From Amphiscolops sp. MND2022 (lineage: Eukaryota): a DNA stretch of 64,000 nt. The translations under genes and the position numbers were made by a program. The notes under the pieces were generated by a model that did no database searches, was not told where the DNA came from, and was given only the letters and a program-made list of their open reading frames with translations. Numbering within the stretch: the stretch's first letter is position 1; the number at the start of each line of letters is the position of its first letter. Positions 1-17,800 of this stretch are shown here, piece after piece. The DNA is taken from the NCBI GenBank assembly GCA_964187785.1, contig OZ076409.1, forward strand, positions 19,966,001-20,030,000, read 5' to 3'.

Positions 1-40
1 TAATCGGGGCGAAAGGACTGGGGTGAAAGGACCTGCAACC
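1..40. mobile_element. Right end of a repeat-array MITE (truncated by window edge)
   Basis: Tandem GG(C/T)GAAAGGAC units ending in GCAACC, the same architecture as the GG...CC repeat-array MITEs elsewhere in the window. Confidence 0.35.
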
Positions 41-88
41 CGTGTTACATAGACCCGTTAAACCCGTTTCATCGTTGAACTAATCAAA

Positions 89-3485
<3,397 letters not shown>

Positions 3486-6323
3486 AGAAAAGAATATGTT
3501 TGCATGTTTCAATCAACAAGCAACAAAAAATATGGTAGGTAACAGGATTAATGAACACTTTGAATGTAATTCATGATTTCTAATATTCCCAGTAACTGCA
3601 TCTTTTTAGCAGTTTCGATCCGCAAAATGTTTCTGTAAATTTCAGATTACTGTGTGCCTTTAGTACTTGCCTTGAATACTTATAAATCAATCGTTTTTTT
3701 TTCATAATCAGTAATTAAAATCTGACAACTTTAGCCTTGGTTAATTAGGTGCTTATGATTATTAATTATACTTTCACATTGAAATTTTCACATTTTATTC
3801 ATAAAACAGTGCTTACTTTTAGAAACAGTTAATACATCATATAAAAAATTACAAACTCAAAATTTAAAAATGTCAATTATTTATTCTTGTTTGTGCTTCT
3901 ATTTGCAAATGATCTTATATATGAAAGCCTCATTTATATTCTATATTGGCATGGATGATTGTATATAATGTTTAAGACCCATTTCGACACATTGATTTAA
4001 ATGCCTAGTTTCTGTGCCTTCAAGGTCAAGTGCTTACCCATATGATTCAACATTGCTGCTCCGTAGTGTGATGTACATCATTGTGCTAACATTATGAGTC
4101 CTTTCGATGACGTAATACATGAACAGACAGATGATGTAATAAAGAAACACCGTAACAAAGTTTGGAATCCTTCTTATTAGTTGAAAAAATGTTAAGAAAA
4201 GTTTTATCTGTATATTGCCATCAAAGTACTCGCAAAAACAAAATATTTTAAAAATTAAGAGGCAAAAAATTATAGGACGAAAACGTCAATTTTTGCAACG
4301 TTTGCGCTAACTTTTCAAGAAAAAAGTAGGAAAGAAGGAACCATAAACTTTACCTTCCATCAACTGAGAAATCTCAATGGTGACAGTACTCAGGTGTGTT
4401 TTCCATGATATATTTGTGTGAAAACAGATGAAAAGGTACCTTTATAGTGTAATATTTATGTGGGATTTTGTATTTGGTAATTTTATTCTGCATTTGTATA
4501 ATTTGAATTTATAACATCACTTCAGGTAGACCAACCAATATAACCAGGTGCTGATGCAACCCAATTACAAAGTAGCATTTTTTGTACATTTTGTGTTTGT
4601 ATTACACTGATGGACCAATATAATCGTCGCATATTAGAATTTTTTGAACCCTGCTCATGTTACAACAACGTACATAAAACAGCCGACACAGGGAAGCATT
4701 TGCTTTTATAAAATAATAATAATTTTTTTAACACTTGAGCGATGTAAACATCACAATTTTTTCAATATTCTGGGCTTTGCACTGGATCGCTCAGAAGCTG
4801 CAACGCAGAAAAAGAACGACGAAAAACATTCTCGGCTTTGTTTGCTCTGCGGAATCTAAATTGAATCGAGAATGTTGATTCCGACATTTTATAGGTCCGT
4901 CTAACTTTCTCGTTATTCAATGCGAAATACCATAAGAAAAATTTTGAAAATACATCTCGTCTAAGGGTTAATCAAATTTTATGGCAGTGGCCTGAAAATT
5001 GTACTCACAGAAGTATCTAGCAACAGCTATGGTTAAAGGTTGTTTACAAACATCATCATTAGCTACACCTGTGGCCTCTAATTGATGGTGACATGTAAGA
5101 TTTCGATGATTACCAGCCTTGTAGGATTGTTCCACTATCACTCAAGTAAACACGTAGGTACCAATCACGAGACAGGAAATCTGCTGGAGCATCTACATAA
5201 ACTTTATAAACTTCGAAGGCAAAGCAGATCAATTCAATCAAAAGTGGTGGGGGTTAGTGCGACAAGAAATTGTTTCCTATTTGATTTTTAATATATTTAG
5301 CTTCCTTAGGGGTTGTCTCGCTACACTTTAGCTGTTTGAATTTTATAAGCTAAAAGAAAAGAAGTTAATTCACCGGCATCAAATAAATGATACAGTGAAT
5401 ACTTGCTATAACAATGTCGAATCCACGAATAATACAATAAATACACAAATAATATTTGAAAACAATTCGAAGAACAGATATAATCATACTCAGAAAACAA
5501 TAAGCAAGGGTTTCAACAATTTTAGCTTTTCTCCCGAAAGGAGGGTTGAAAGCTAATGTTGCTTTTGAAAATGAAATGAAATAACTCGCTGTAAATCATC
5601 TCTAACGTTTTTGGAGTAAAAACTATTGAATCCTCAACAATGGTCTTGAAGTTTTTTTAATCCTCACGAACAGTTGAAATTCAATCAGGTGTCCTAAAGA
5701 CGATGGTCTTGAACTCTGTGATTTCTCATGTACAATTGAGAGGGTGTGAGAACGACGGCCGTGAACTCCTCGACTTCCAATGCACGATTGTCTCAACGAA
5801 GATGCCAATTTCCGCGACACTTTACTCACGATCAGGACAATAAAATTTCGGTGTTTAAGGCCACTTGCGCCATCCAAACACTTTTTTGAGGAAAGCTCAA
5901 CCAAATTAGCCACAAACTAAAGTCTTGAAGTCCCGGATTTCTCATCAACGATTTAGGAGTAGACGCTCAGGTGAAAGTAATGAAATCCCAGACTTCGCAT
6001 TTCAACCAAGGTTGTACAAGGGAAAACAGTTCTTCTCTAGATTTCAGCTCACATTGTTGCCTCGGCAATTTGTGCAATGCTCGGTCAAAGTTACAAGTTT
6101 GGGACTTTAGTCACTTATTATTTATTTCAATATTCATCATCATTCTTTTTTGGAGCAAAACTTAGTGTTGAGTAGGACCATTTTTCCTACTTTGGTACTG
6201 AAAGTTTGCTAAAAGTACGTTTTCAAGTTCACTCCTGGGTCTGATTATTTTTGTCAATCATGACTAAGCATTCTACTTCGGTTTCATTAGAAAATCAGGG
6301 GAGGTACAAGTGATGACCGAATA

Positions 6324-7143
6324 CCCAGGTTTTCGATCTTTGCGAATCTGTGCAGATCTGCAGGATTTTTGCAGATATGTGCAGATCTGCAGGATTTTTG
6401 TAGATCTTTGCAGATATGTGCAGATTCGAAGAAAAATGACCTTATCAGAAACACACTGAAAACCAAACAGCGATGACAAAAGCAAATAATAAAAATGTTT
6501 AAAACTCGAGAGAAGTCTCATTTATATCAAAATGATGAAACATTTTTCTGCAGGAATCTGTACAGATCTGTAGAGTTTTGCAGATCTTTACAGATCTTTG
6601 CAGATCCAAACAATGACCAGTTAATTACTATAACGTATTCCGAGTTACCAGAAATTATTAAAATTACTCCAACAAACCATGTTCCCGAAATATTACAACA
6701 ACAACACTTTATCAACAAATCTACCAACCCAGAAGGTTGCCACAGGTCAAATTTTATCAGTCAAAACGAAGTCAATGAGGCAAACGAGCTTCTCAAAGTT
6801 CAACAACCACATCTGGAAAGTTCAAGTGAAATGGATAAATTACGGTGTATAACCAATACGGCTCGTTCTCCAGTCACCATAACTACCGTGATGGGGACAT
6901 ATTTTTCTTCTCGAGACGTTTGAGTGATCGAGAGTATCAACTGACTGAGCCTTAGTCAGCTAAAGTAGTTGATGAAGTAGTTAAAGAAGTCCAAAAATGC
7001 AGTCATTGGTTCCTTAGAAGCTACAGAAAAACATATTTCTGCAAAAATCTTTAAAGAAAATCTGCATACTTCTGTAACTTCTGTAAAGATCTTGCAGATC
7101 TGTATGGATCTTCAAGATTCAGTGCAACGATCGAAAACCTAGG
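6324..7143. mobile_element. Non-autonomous DNA transposon (CMC/EnSpm-like or Tc1-like MITE)
   Basis: TIRs CCCAGGTTTTCGATC / GATCGAAAACCTAGG flanked by TA on both sides, with subterminal TGCAGATC repeats. Confidence 0.7.
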
Positions 7144-9066
7144 TACCACATGAGAGCACATAAACAAATGTTGTACTAGATTGAGGCTCTGGGGTTTGGA
7201 TCTTCTCTTACTGCTCTGCTCTTCACCCATCGGAAATACAACTATTTTATTCATGCAATGAGATAGCGTTTTTGAGGATTGTCAGTTCTTCCAATTAGTT
7301 TACGTCAAAAAATTGATATCGTTCTTTAAATGAATAGGAGCAATAGTTCGGTCATTGGACCTTTGTAGATGGCTTTCATTTTAGAGGAGTTTGTTCAGTT
7401 TCCGATTGAATTTTTCAATGGATGAGAATTCGTTTCACACTTTTGGAGATGTCGCACATGTTTGTTACCCGTCGTCCCGTGTCAAGTATGAATTCTTGTT
7501 TGTAGTTCTTTGAGTCGACGTTAACTCCGTTTTAGTTGTTTTCAATCAGTGTGCTTTTTCTAATTTCTCAGGTTTGTTTTCCTTTCCTTCACGTAGTTCT
7601 CTTGCTTATCGCTTTAATTGTTTTTGTTTTAGTTGTTTTCAGTGTGCTTTTCCTGGGTCTTGAGATTTGTTTGTCTTCTTTCAAGCTACTTTTTGTCCAA
7701 TGTACTCCTTTTTTGAAACGTAATCTATGCCAGCGTTTTCACTTTGTTTTCCACCAACTTTTTGCCGCTCCTATTTGTATTGGTTCCGATAGAGTATTGA
7801 GATATATCCTTATTATAACAACAGTTGCATGTGACAATTTCAGCTGGCTATTTTTAGTTCATTTGGTTCGTAAACTTCTATTTGTGGTTGTTTTGTTGGA
7901 TCGTTTGTCCCTGTTTTATTTTTCGTCTTTTGCGAGTGCTTAAGTTTGTCGTATGTCTCGTCTCATCTAACTTCTGTCATCAGTTGTTTTGATACCAAGT
8001 TCTTCTCTCTCATCAGTTCTTTGTTCTGTCCAGTATTCTTCGGAAGTTCGGTGTTTTGTTGTTTTGACAGTCCATTGACGCACACAACATGCAGCGGACG
8101 TTTCATGCCGTTAAATTGGGCACGTCTCCCAGATCGCTTCTGCAGTTAGGGCACTAAGATTCGTGAACATCGCTGACTACGTTTCGGAACAAAAGTGCGG
8201 TTCTGCAATTACAAAGGACCAGTCAAGTCATCATGACCATCTATCATTTCAACATGTAATTTGGTTCGCGATCAATTTATAAAATGCTCCAGAAACAACA
8301 AATGTTCCTGGCCCAAACAACTTCCAAAGACACTATTTTCGAATTCGGATCCTTAAAGTTTAGTGTGGAAACAACACCTTGAAACGTAGGCTTGTTTCTC
8401 AATTATTACGGGCGAAGCAGTCAGTTTGAGTTTCTATGTATTTTAATCAAAGGGTCCCGCTTTTGTTTTTTTTTCACCTTTGAAAACACTTTTTTCAAAC
8501 AATTTTTCTGTGCGATTTTTTCGGGAGGGAATTTTTTCGAAGGTTATCGATTTTAGGTTTTTTGATGTCTTCATTCAAAGAAGAATGTTTTTTTCGAGCT
8601 CGAAGCGAAGGCCCAGTTCCAATGTTTGGCAGTGTGATATCCATCTTTCTCAATTATTACGGGCGAAGCTGTCAGTTAACGATTGTTTGGTGAACACGTG
8701 TTCTCCTTATGGCAATAAAATTGTACCTTTGCTCCTTAAAGACTGTATTGCGAACAAAGTGGTCAATTTTCTCTAGAAAAAAAGCAAACGACTGTTTTAA
8801 TAATTTTTTCCAGATTTCACAGAAATTTTGAAAATTAATGAAAAAAAATCGATGCGTCTTGAGTCCAATAAATGTTTATTTTCAACTTGACGCAATCAGG
8901 AACGTCGGGCCGACTGCCGAAAAACTCCATGTTTGAAACTCAAAACAGGTAACTGCTCCTGTATGTACGAGGCTTCACTTCGAGTCAGCACTTCATGAAT
9001 TTTTTCACTTAAAAAAGTTCCTGTTCATTTTTTTGACAATTTCAGTGAGACAAAAACCTTTCGAAT

Positions 9067-9276
9067 GGTTCTAGGACCATACGCCCAAAAACATTACGTC
9101 CAAAGACATTGCGTCCAAGGACATTACGCCCAGAGCGGACATTACGCTCAATAATTTGAAAGATTGTTGTATGTAATAATTATTGGGCTTAATGTCCGTT
9201 TTGGGCGTAATGTCCGATTTGGGCGTAATGTCCGCTTTGGGCGTAATGTCCGCTTTGGGCATAATGTCCGGACACC
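9067..9276. mobile_element. Foldback/Mutator-like MITE with GACATTACGCCC repeat arrays
   Basis: Inverted arrays of ACATTACG(C/T)CC (left) and GGGCGTAATGTC (right), GG...CC ends, degenerate 9-bp flanks. Confidence 0.65.
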
Positions 9277-9734
9277 CTTTGAAAGACCCAAAAGTATTTT
9301 GGCATTCAAATTTCGCAATTTTAACCTAACAGCTATTAGAATATTTGAAGGTTAGATAAAAAGTTTCTTTAAACTTTTCAAGTTTTTATGGCAGTAAGAT
9401 TTTGGGATTTTAATTTTTTTTAATGACTTCAAGCACTTTCTCAGCGTAAAAAGGTGCATCAAGTTATGCCGTTGCCAGCTTGTTTGCTCCTATGCCAATT
9501 TGATTCATTTTTGAAGCAAAAATAGTCGAATAATTCAATTTTGATTTATAAAATTACATAAAAATCAAAACCGAAGACCTATTGCGGGTACAGCGAAAAA
9601 GCATAGTAAGCACAATAGTACTTCTTCCTGGAGTCCTACAAACATTCGAAATTAAGATTAGATTTAATTTAATTGAAAATTTTCTCACAAATAATGTACA
9701 TGTATTCTGAACCTGAATCGATATTTAAATTACC

Positions 9735-10478
9735 AGAAATTTCTTCGTCGGAAATTTCGTCGTCGGAAATTTCGTCGTCGGAAATTTCGTCGTCAGAAAT
9801 TTCGTCGTCGGTGATTACGTTCTATAAAACATCGCATTTTCTTTTATCTATTAGGAATCATCTTACTATTGAGTCTTAATAAATATCGATAATTGTGCAA
9901 TTATTACTATCATTGACTTCTTTTTGTTATGGTTTTGAGAGAAAAGTAGAGAAAACCCCCAATGTAATGGATAGGGTTATGTCGATATCAATTATTTCAT
10001 TGGACCAAAATTTCAACGCAAACGATGTCGACATTATGGTATTTGAACCTTCTTGTTTTTTATGGTCTTATTTACCCCGAAGCAGTTTGGGGGGGGAGAT
10101 GACATGGTCCAAAATTCCCCCGGAGCAAGCTTGAATTGTATTGTATGTATTGTAAAGCCCCGGTAAGTAGTTCCACCAGTAGGACTGAAATAATACCACT
10201 GCTCAATAAGCGTCTTGATGAGTTGATTGAATGCAACTAACTTTTTGACTCAATTTTGGTGTCAAAATGAAACTTGTTCTTAAGATCTCATTTTAATATT
10301 TATAAAATTGAATAATTCAAATGATATCTTTTGGTGAACGCTCTTATTCTAATCAATACGACGAAATTTCTGACGACGAATTTTCGGACGACGAAATTTC
10401 TGGATTTGCTAATACGACGAAATTTCCTACGACGGAATTTCTGACGACGAAATTCCTGGCGACGAAATTTCCGCCTCC
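9735..10478. mobile_element. Foldback/Mutator-like MITE with GGAAATTTCGTCGTC repeat arrays
   Basis: 15-bp tandem array at 9735-9810 and inverted array at 10358-10470. A solo end of the same family lies at ~28714-28766. Confidence 0.65.
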
Positions 10479-10821
10479 GATAATCAGATGAGACGCTAAC
10501 GAATAAACATTTTTAGAAGACTTCGGCCAGAGAGTTGATCTCAATTGTTTTTGACTGATAGGGCATTGCTGCAGAAGTCTCATTGGTTTATGCGGCTTCA
10601 ATAACTCCTTCCACAATTTTACTAACTATCAAGGATCAACTTTGAGAAATAATCAGGCAGCAAAATCGTTTTCCCTGAATGATGAAATTTTTCTTTTTAG
10701 AAGTAGCTGGAAAAAATTATATTGAAACCAAATGTTTCAGGCTGAAAAATGAAACTGCGTGATTCAGGAGAAAACAAAAATTTTGAAAACAAAAAAGGAC
10801 AATTTTTTAAATGATTTGAAC

Positions 10822-11612
10822 CAGAGGTGTAATAGCGTTAGCGATAGCGCCGCGATTAGCTGCTGAATTTGATTGGTCAACAATAGCGAGCGCTATTAGC
10901 TCATTGAAATTTCATTAGCGGGAGATAGCGTTGGTATAATTAAATTCAGCCAATAAGATCTCAATTCATGGCCTTTGTTCAGTCCCCGGTCACTGACGTG
11001 ACTTTGGATTAACTTAAGTTTTCATCGTTCTCATTTTTAGTCGACGCTTTTCTTTAGAAAAGAGTCGACTATAGTCATGGCTTTTCGTCAGTGTTTTTTT
11101 AAGACCACCTGAACTGACCAAAATAGTTCTACAAAAATTATACAAAATATTATTGCACCAAATTGCACCATTTGGCCTAGCGAACTGAACCAAAAAATTT
11201 TTTCCTGTTTTCCCGCGTAACATACCATACCGGGCGAGACCAAAGGGTCCCCCTTTCAGTTTTTTTCGGCACTGTGAGACTTTTTTTGGAAAATAAAAAT
11301 TTCCCCCCTTCAATTTTTTGATGTTTTGCGACAAAATGGGAGTTGAAAACCCCCAAACGGTCCTCTCTCACTTTTTTCGGCATTGTGAGACTTTTTTTCC
11401 AAAAAAAAATTTCATAAAAGGGTCCCCAACTCACCAATACTTTGACATATTGAAGTCCTTTTGCTATTTTTGAGCCTTAGATATGGCGCCGACTTGGACC
11501 GGTCCCGGCTTGTTAATATTAGCGTTAGCGATCGGAAAAACCATTAGCGGTAGCGATAAGCAAATTAGCGGCAATAGCGTGTAGTGATTTTTAATAGCGA
11601 GTCACACCTCTG
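10822..11612. mobile_element. hAT-type MITE (hosts a HINE-like insertion)
   Basis: TIR CAGAGGTGT/ACACCTCTG, perfect 8-bp TSD ATTTGAAC (10814-10821, 11613-11620), TAGCG subterminal repeats. Confidence 0.85.
11038..11514 (+). mobile_element. HINE/DINE-1-like non-autonomous Helentron
   Basis: 5' subTIR AGTCGACGC with an adjacent inverted repeat, 3' subTIR GGCGCCGACT plus short stem-loop plus CTTGTT, T-run insertion site, no TSD. Confidence 0.7.
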
Positions 11613-11980
11613 ATTTGAACAAACTTCTCTGCTACAAACCTCATTCAAAATGTTAATTTCAACTTCTTCAGAAAGTGGAAAGTTGTCGTTAGAGTTTATT
11701 GAGCTTTAGTTTCTTTGTTCTCACTATTGAAAATAAGTTTCTTTTCAGATTCAACAATAACTTTGTAAAGTTTTCAGTGCAACTTTTTTCGGTTTTCGAG
11801 TTTAGTTATTTCAAGCATAACAATGAGACGTTGACTTTTTCAAGTCCAAAGCAGAGCACCGACTTGGGACGTTTTTTCTCCACACCAGAGCTCACACTGA
11901 AGGAGCCACTTGTTACAAACTTTACATCTAAGCACTAAAGGGTACCTGGAAAACTCCTTTTGAAAATTTATATTTAACTT

Positions 11981-13008
11981 TAAGGGTGTTACCCATAAAA
12001 TTCAACTCACATAAATTTAACTTCGTGCGATTTGTATTTAAGGAGATTTCTGGACTTTTTTAGTTGACCCCAGAATGACCCCAAAACAGGGAAAATTTCC
12101 ATTTTTTTACGATTTAGGGCAGTTTTGTTAATTTCTTGATAGATATCGTGAATTAGAACGTTGAAAATGTTCAACAAGGCACAAACTCGTTGTCCAATAG
12201 TCTTCTATGAAGAGCTAATTGCTGTTTTCCAGAAGAAAAAGATTTCAAATTGACACCGAAAATGAAAAAAAAAAGTTTCCCGAATTTTAACGTTTTCAAA
12301 ATTTTCGAAAGACTTCGTGGATTAGGATGTAGAAAACGCTCAACATGGCGCTACAATGTTGTCCAGTAGGCTTTTCCGAAGTGATAATTGCTTTTTTCCA
12401 GTTGAAAAATAAACTCAAATGACACCGAAAATTTTAAACGATTTTATGAAATTTTTTCCAAATTTTTGACAGTTTGTGGATTGGAACGATGAAAAGGGTC
12501 AAAAGAGAATGTGTTGTCCAGTAGGCTTTTCCGAAGAGTTTCTGGCAGTTTTCCACGTGAAAAGTCTCAAACTGACACCAAAAGTGACAAAAATCCCAAT
12601 ATTTTCCAATTTTCAAAGTTTTCATCATGCATTTTTTGTTAAAGTTTCGACAGACTTCGTGGATTGGAATTTTTAAGGGTCAACAAAGAAATGGTTGGTT
12701 GTCCGGTAGTCTTTTATGAAGAGATGATTGCAATGTTCTGAATGAAAATGTCTCAAATTGACACCGAAAATGACAAAAATCCGAAAATTTTCCAATTTTC
12801 AAAAATTTTATGCATTCTTCCCCAAATGTCGAGAAAATTTGTCAATTGTAACGTTGAAACGGGTCGACAAGGAAAAAATGTGTTGTCCAGTATGCTAAGA
12901 AAAGAGATAAAGGGAGTTTTTCAAACGAAAACTCCGGAATTGACATCGAAAAAGACAAAATTTCGAAATTATCAGTGACTTTGTAGACAAAAATGTTGTA
13001 ACGCCTAA
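11981..13008. repeat. Diverged ~170-190 bp tandem repeat (~5 units), possibly within a TIR element
   Basis: Recurring TGTTGTCCAGTAGGCTTTT...AAATTGACACCGAAAA...GACTTCGTGGATT units, with weak inverted ends AGGGTGTTAC / GTAACGCCT. Confidence 0.6.
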
Positions 13009-13074
13009 AGCATATGCAAATTTGTTGTTTTGGTGAACTTTTGTCACAAGATAAGTTCAATTCAAGCCAAAAAT

Positions 13075-13559
13075 AACAAGACGGGAACGTCCCAAGTCGG
13101 CGCCATATCTTAGGCTCGAAAATATTCAAGGAACAACTATTGGAAATTTATGGAAAATTTTTTTCCAAAAAAAGTATTTGGTAAAAAAGTCGCACAATGC
13201 CGAAAAACCTAAAAAGAGGTCATTTAGGCTCATTCAACGTTTTCTACAAACCGAAAACTTTTATAAAAAATGCAAGGGGGTACCCTTTGATAAAATTCGA
13301 AATTTTTCGAAAAAAGTCGCATAGTGCCGAAAAAAAACCCTTTGGTCTCACCTGTACTTTTGGAAGCATTAAAAATTTATGGTTTAGTGCGAGAATCGAA
13401 CCCACGCTCTCCGGTGGTCGAAGATGAACAAATATGAAAGATGAACAAATTGGAAGAAAAGTGGACCACTCAGAGTGAGATTGTCAACTGAAAAAAAATT
13501 AAGAAAACTACTCACTGTAAGAGTCGGGCTTTTTTCCTTAAGGGAAAAGGCGCCGACTG
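13075..13559 (-). mobile_element. HINE-like element with tRNA-like B-box
   Basis: AACAAGACGGGAACGTCCCAAGTCGGCGCC ... AAGGCGCCGACT ends, same family as 11038-11514. The minus strand has GGTTCGATTC near 13395-13404. Confidence 0.7.
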
Positions 13560-14881
13560 AAAATTAATTTTTAGTTGGAAAATCCTTTAGGCGAAAAAAT
13601 TCCGAGGTCGCTAAAAACTCAAGCCGGTACAAAGGTTTTGCATCGAAACGTTGAACTACTCGATGCAACATGACATTTGCTTTTCAATTGAACAGCGATT
13701 GCACTCATGTAAGATGCAGTTGGTGCTGAATTTGGAGTCATTGAACACCACTTTTGAGCTAGGCTAGCTAGGTCAAGATCAAAGGGGGCTATTAAGGCGA
13801 GTCATTTGACGTCACAAGAAATATCTCAGTCTATGTTTCTGTTGACCATCAGAATAGTTGGTGCATTCTCTTCTCTGCTTTCGCTTAGTACTTTCACATG
13901 CAGACATAATAGTCATAAACAATCTTAACCTTGTTAAGCTTTCTTTATCTGTGCAATAGGTTTGCCCATATTTAACCTAACCCTTGATGACTGAACATTC
14001 AACTAAAACTTTGTCCGTTGGAATTAATGTTCAAAAGTGAAATCCAAATCAAAATTAAGAAGTTCCATACTTGGCATGCGAGAAATCATTGGAAGCATAA
14101 TTTTGGCAAATCACTAAAAATCTACAAAATTGAAAACTGCACCAAATTTGGGTTGGGAACACATAATCAACATGTATGCTCACTATTGCACATAACTTTG
14201 GACAAATTAATGTCAAATCATTTGCAAACCAAAAATGGTCTCAGCTAAGGTGCAAGAAGTCATGCATCTGGTCAGAATAACTAACTAATGACGCAAATAA
14301 AATCGGAGCATAAATTTTTACTCTTCAATTTTACATGTTTTGTGTACCGTTCTCTACGGTTGAAACCTTATTTCCGCGGATTGGAATATGTATTGTGGCT
14401 TGGAATATTCGAGGGTAGTTGTTTCATTTTGACAAGATATTTACCGCTTCTACAAAAAGCGGTTATCCATAAACGCCAGATATAAAACGTTGATTTCAAA
14501 TGACAAAATTCATAATTATGACTTCTTGAATTTCATCAAAGTTTCATTCCAGATTGAATCGTTCAAGATAATTGAAAAACAACAATCGCAAAATTACTAG
14601 AAACGTGCAAAAATGTCAGGTTTGGTATTACAAAGCACGCAAGTACAAAATGAATATAATAAATATAAATTTACAATTTGTATCTAAACGATGACATGGG
14701 GCATTCGCAGAGGTCACGAGTTTGTTGTCTGAGTTGATTCAACAAATGCAGTTGACCGACCTTTGAGTGCTGCTCAGCAACCTAGTTCGGGGCCAACTAA
14801 TATGGTTGAATAGTGACTGTAGTAAGCGGAATAGAAAACATTGGATGTTAGCTAGCATGGTTAACACTGAACTGAACAGCT

Positions 14882-17800
14882 TCACCGTCTTTTGCAGAGA
14901 CAGCAGCAGATTGAGATGCAACACGACAGAAGCAGGATTATGATGAGTCCTAGAAGAATGCTCCCGATGATGTAGCTGAAACAAACATACATTATGACAC
15001 ACAAAGGACACAATGGAGCCTGGACGTTAAAAGTTTAGCTCAATTGATTAAAAATAACTCAATTGTTTAAAATAACCGGTCAATCGGTTAACCGGCATCA
15101 CATTCGTTCACCTGATTTTGAACAAAAAATTGTTGCGAAGAATCATTGAACTGAACTTCAATCGAACTTTCATTACAAAAAGTAGTTTCCGCGAATTTTC
15201 AATTTGACCAAAAATTTGACTGAGTTTTCAAAAGTCTGTCTGAACTAGCCGTGATAGCCTTTTTCTGTTCTTCAGTTCGATTTTTAGACCAATGTACAGT
15301 AGTGATTCTAGAAGAAGCAACATAGCACGCGGAAAGAGCAAATAAACAAATATTATTGGCTAATCAAGGTCTCACGCGCTCATTTCATTGGTCGAGAGCG
15401 ATTTCCAAAACATCATTTTTTAGTTTTTTGAATTTTTGACCCACTTACAATTTTTTGGTTTGAAATTATTTTGACAGAACAATTCTCCCAAACATTTCGA
15501 GTCTGACAAAATAATTTTTTCTCGAGAATATTCTAAATTGCATTAGTACGAGCTTGTTTTAAGTTGTTAAACTTCGAAATCGTATCTTAATACATGTATT
15601 TTCGAAAAAGTCTATTTTTATAGCGTATTTTTTCAACCATTTCAGGATGATTTCTAAATCTAAACATATCAAGAGCTTCAGTTAAATCAGGGGAGTCGAT
15701 TGCACATAAAATTTCTCTAAAATTTCAAGCAAAAGTTGACTAAAAGTGAGAAAAACGTCAATTTTGACCTAAATTTGGTTAAAAATGGCCTATCGTAACT
15801 TCTACAATTTCCATCGCATGACCTTCAAAAAAACATATTTGTAAACTAGATAAAAATCTAAGAAACTTTCACCTTTATCTTTTTTCAAAAATCGCTGCTG
15901 TTTTAGAGATATTCGGTTTTGAGATTTGCCTTTTCTTGCTTTTAGAAATATCACTACTGTAGAGATAATCCGTTCATCAATCGGGCAAGGGTCTAACTGT
16001 CAACTACAATAGTGTAAGAAACAAACTGAACATTTATTTGTAAAAAAAAAGAATTGGACCAAAACAAAACTGTGATTTCTGCTATCGTCCAAGCTATTTG
16101 AAAATCAAACAAACAAACATTCTAATGTTTTCTTGGGCATTTGAAATGTAGTTTTGCAAATAAAGAAGAAACTTCCTAGTTTCATTTTTCATTGATTGTA
16201 TTTACTACTGAATTGTGGGACATCATTTTAGACAATTTTGTAACATTTGGCACCTAATTTGTAATTTTTGTTTATTTGGCAGGTATTTCTTCATTTCCTG
16301 AAGACATTCAACTGTTTTACATCAAAATATTTGGTATTATATAGTTTTTGATAAAGGTTTTTTACTATTTCATTCCATTTACTATCTTAATACGTGAGAG
16401 ACAGCTATTCTTCGCAAAGATTGGGGTATGTTTTCCGTTTCAAATTTTTTACCGATAAAATTCGAATCTGCTAATTAACCCCAATGAACCTAGTGATGCT
16501 TTAAAGCAGCCTACCTTTTTTTCCAAATTCTGATTCCTTTTGCCAGTAGCCCATTTTCTCTAGCACAGTTTTTTTTCAACAAGTAATTGGTACCTAGATT
16601 GATTTGAATGGCACAAGCATTAGAAAAAAGTAATATATCTCCAAAGCTGAGAAAAATGGGTTTTTGCACAAAAAAAAGTTATATTTTCTCAAATTTCAGA
16701 TTTTGACGAAATCCTGTTTTCTCAAAAGTCTTTGATCAATAGAAAAAACCAACCACATACCCTTCCACAACAAGTCCTGGTGCAACAAACCCCTATAATA
16801 TTCTGTTGTTACTACAAGCCCCCGCGCAGCGGGCCGCACAAAGTGCGGAACTGCCGCGAAGCGGCGGTACCGGAAAAAGAGACTAAAATTCTGAAGGAAG
16901 GGGCGCGCGGCGATAGGGGCTCACCTGACCAAAATGAAAGCCCAATATCAGACCTTTCAAACGCGCTATAGTTCATTCCTCTGGTACGCGTAGTTGTGGA
17001 GATATTGAAATTTTTTTGGCAAATTTTTCGAAAATTTTAAAAAACGCCCATGTCGATTGGGGTTAAGGCCATTGTACCTATAATCTTAAACATTCGATTG
17101 GTCTTTCCAGTCCCTTAAATTCATGAGTAAAATAGATAATAATAAAGCAGCAAGTTCAGAACACAGGACAAAATTATTTTCGAAATTAGCTTTTTTCATG
17201 ATTTGTTACCAAATGCCTGTATTTTGCACTGATCGGAGGTGATGAGTTACGCCGACAAGCAATTAGAACGACAAGCCATTAGGCCGACAAGAATGGTTAT
17301 TTTGATTGGTCCCTATTCAGTATTGAAACCAGTGGCTTTGAATGAACACTTTTCAATCAATCAGATAATTCAAGTCTGCTTTTTGACTCGATGTATTTGA
17401 TCGTTGTCGGTTTAATGCAGGGTTGGCAAAAATGAAAAAAAAACATTGAAAACATTCACGAAAAAAAAACATATTTTGAACACATGAAAAAACATGTTTT
17501 TTTGATTTTTCATTCCTAAGTATTTATTTTATAAATGTTTACTGATGCTTGTAAAAAAACCAAGTTTCGCAACAATTTACCGAAATTGATATTGGTGGAA
17601 CTACCCGAGCTCAGTGCAATATGTGTCAGAGGGATGTCGTGTCGGCTGGAAGGGCACTTCTCGACAATGTGCATGAGCTACGGGATGCCGCGATCACGTC
17701 TTGGCGTGGACAAAGCACGAAATTTATAATTTTAAAACTAAATAATGATTTGGAAGAAAAATCGGAAAAAAAACATGTTTTTGGGAAAAAACAATATTTC

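Noticed and set aside
7150..8100. Hydrophobic + strand ORF 7536-7943 as a membrane protein
   Set aside because: It is a by-product of T-rich antisense to A-rich, probably decayed retroelement sequence, and has no ATG start or family motif.
9084..10470. Short regular repeats as CRISPR arrays (also 30638-31098 and 52244-52292)
   Set aside because: No unique spacers or cas genes. The arrays are MITE TIRs or simple tandem repeats in eukaryotic DNA.
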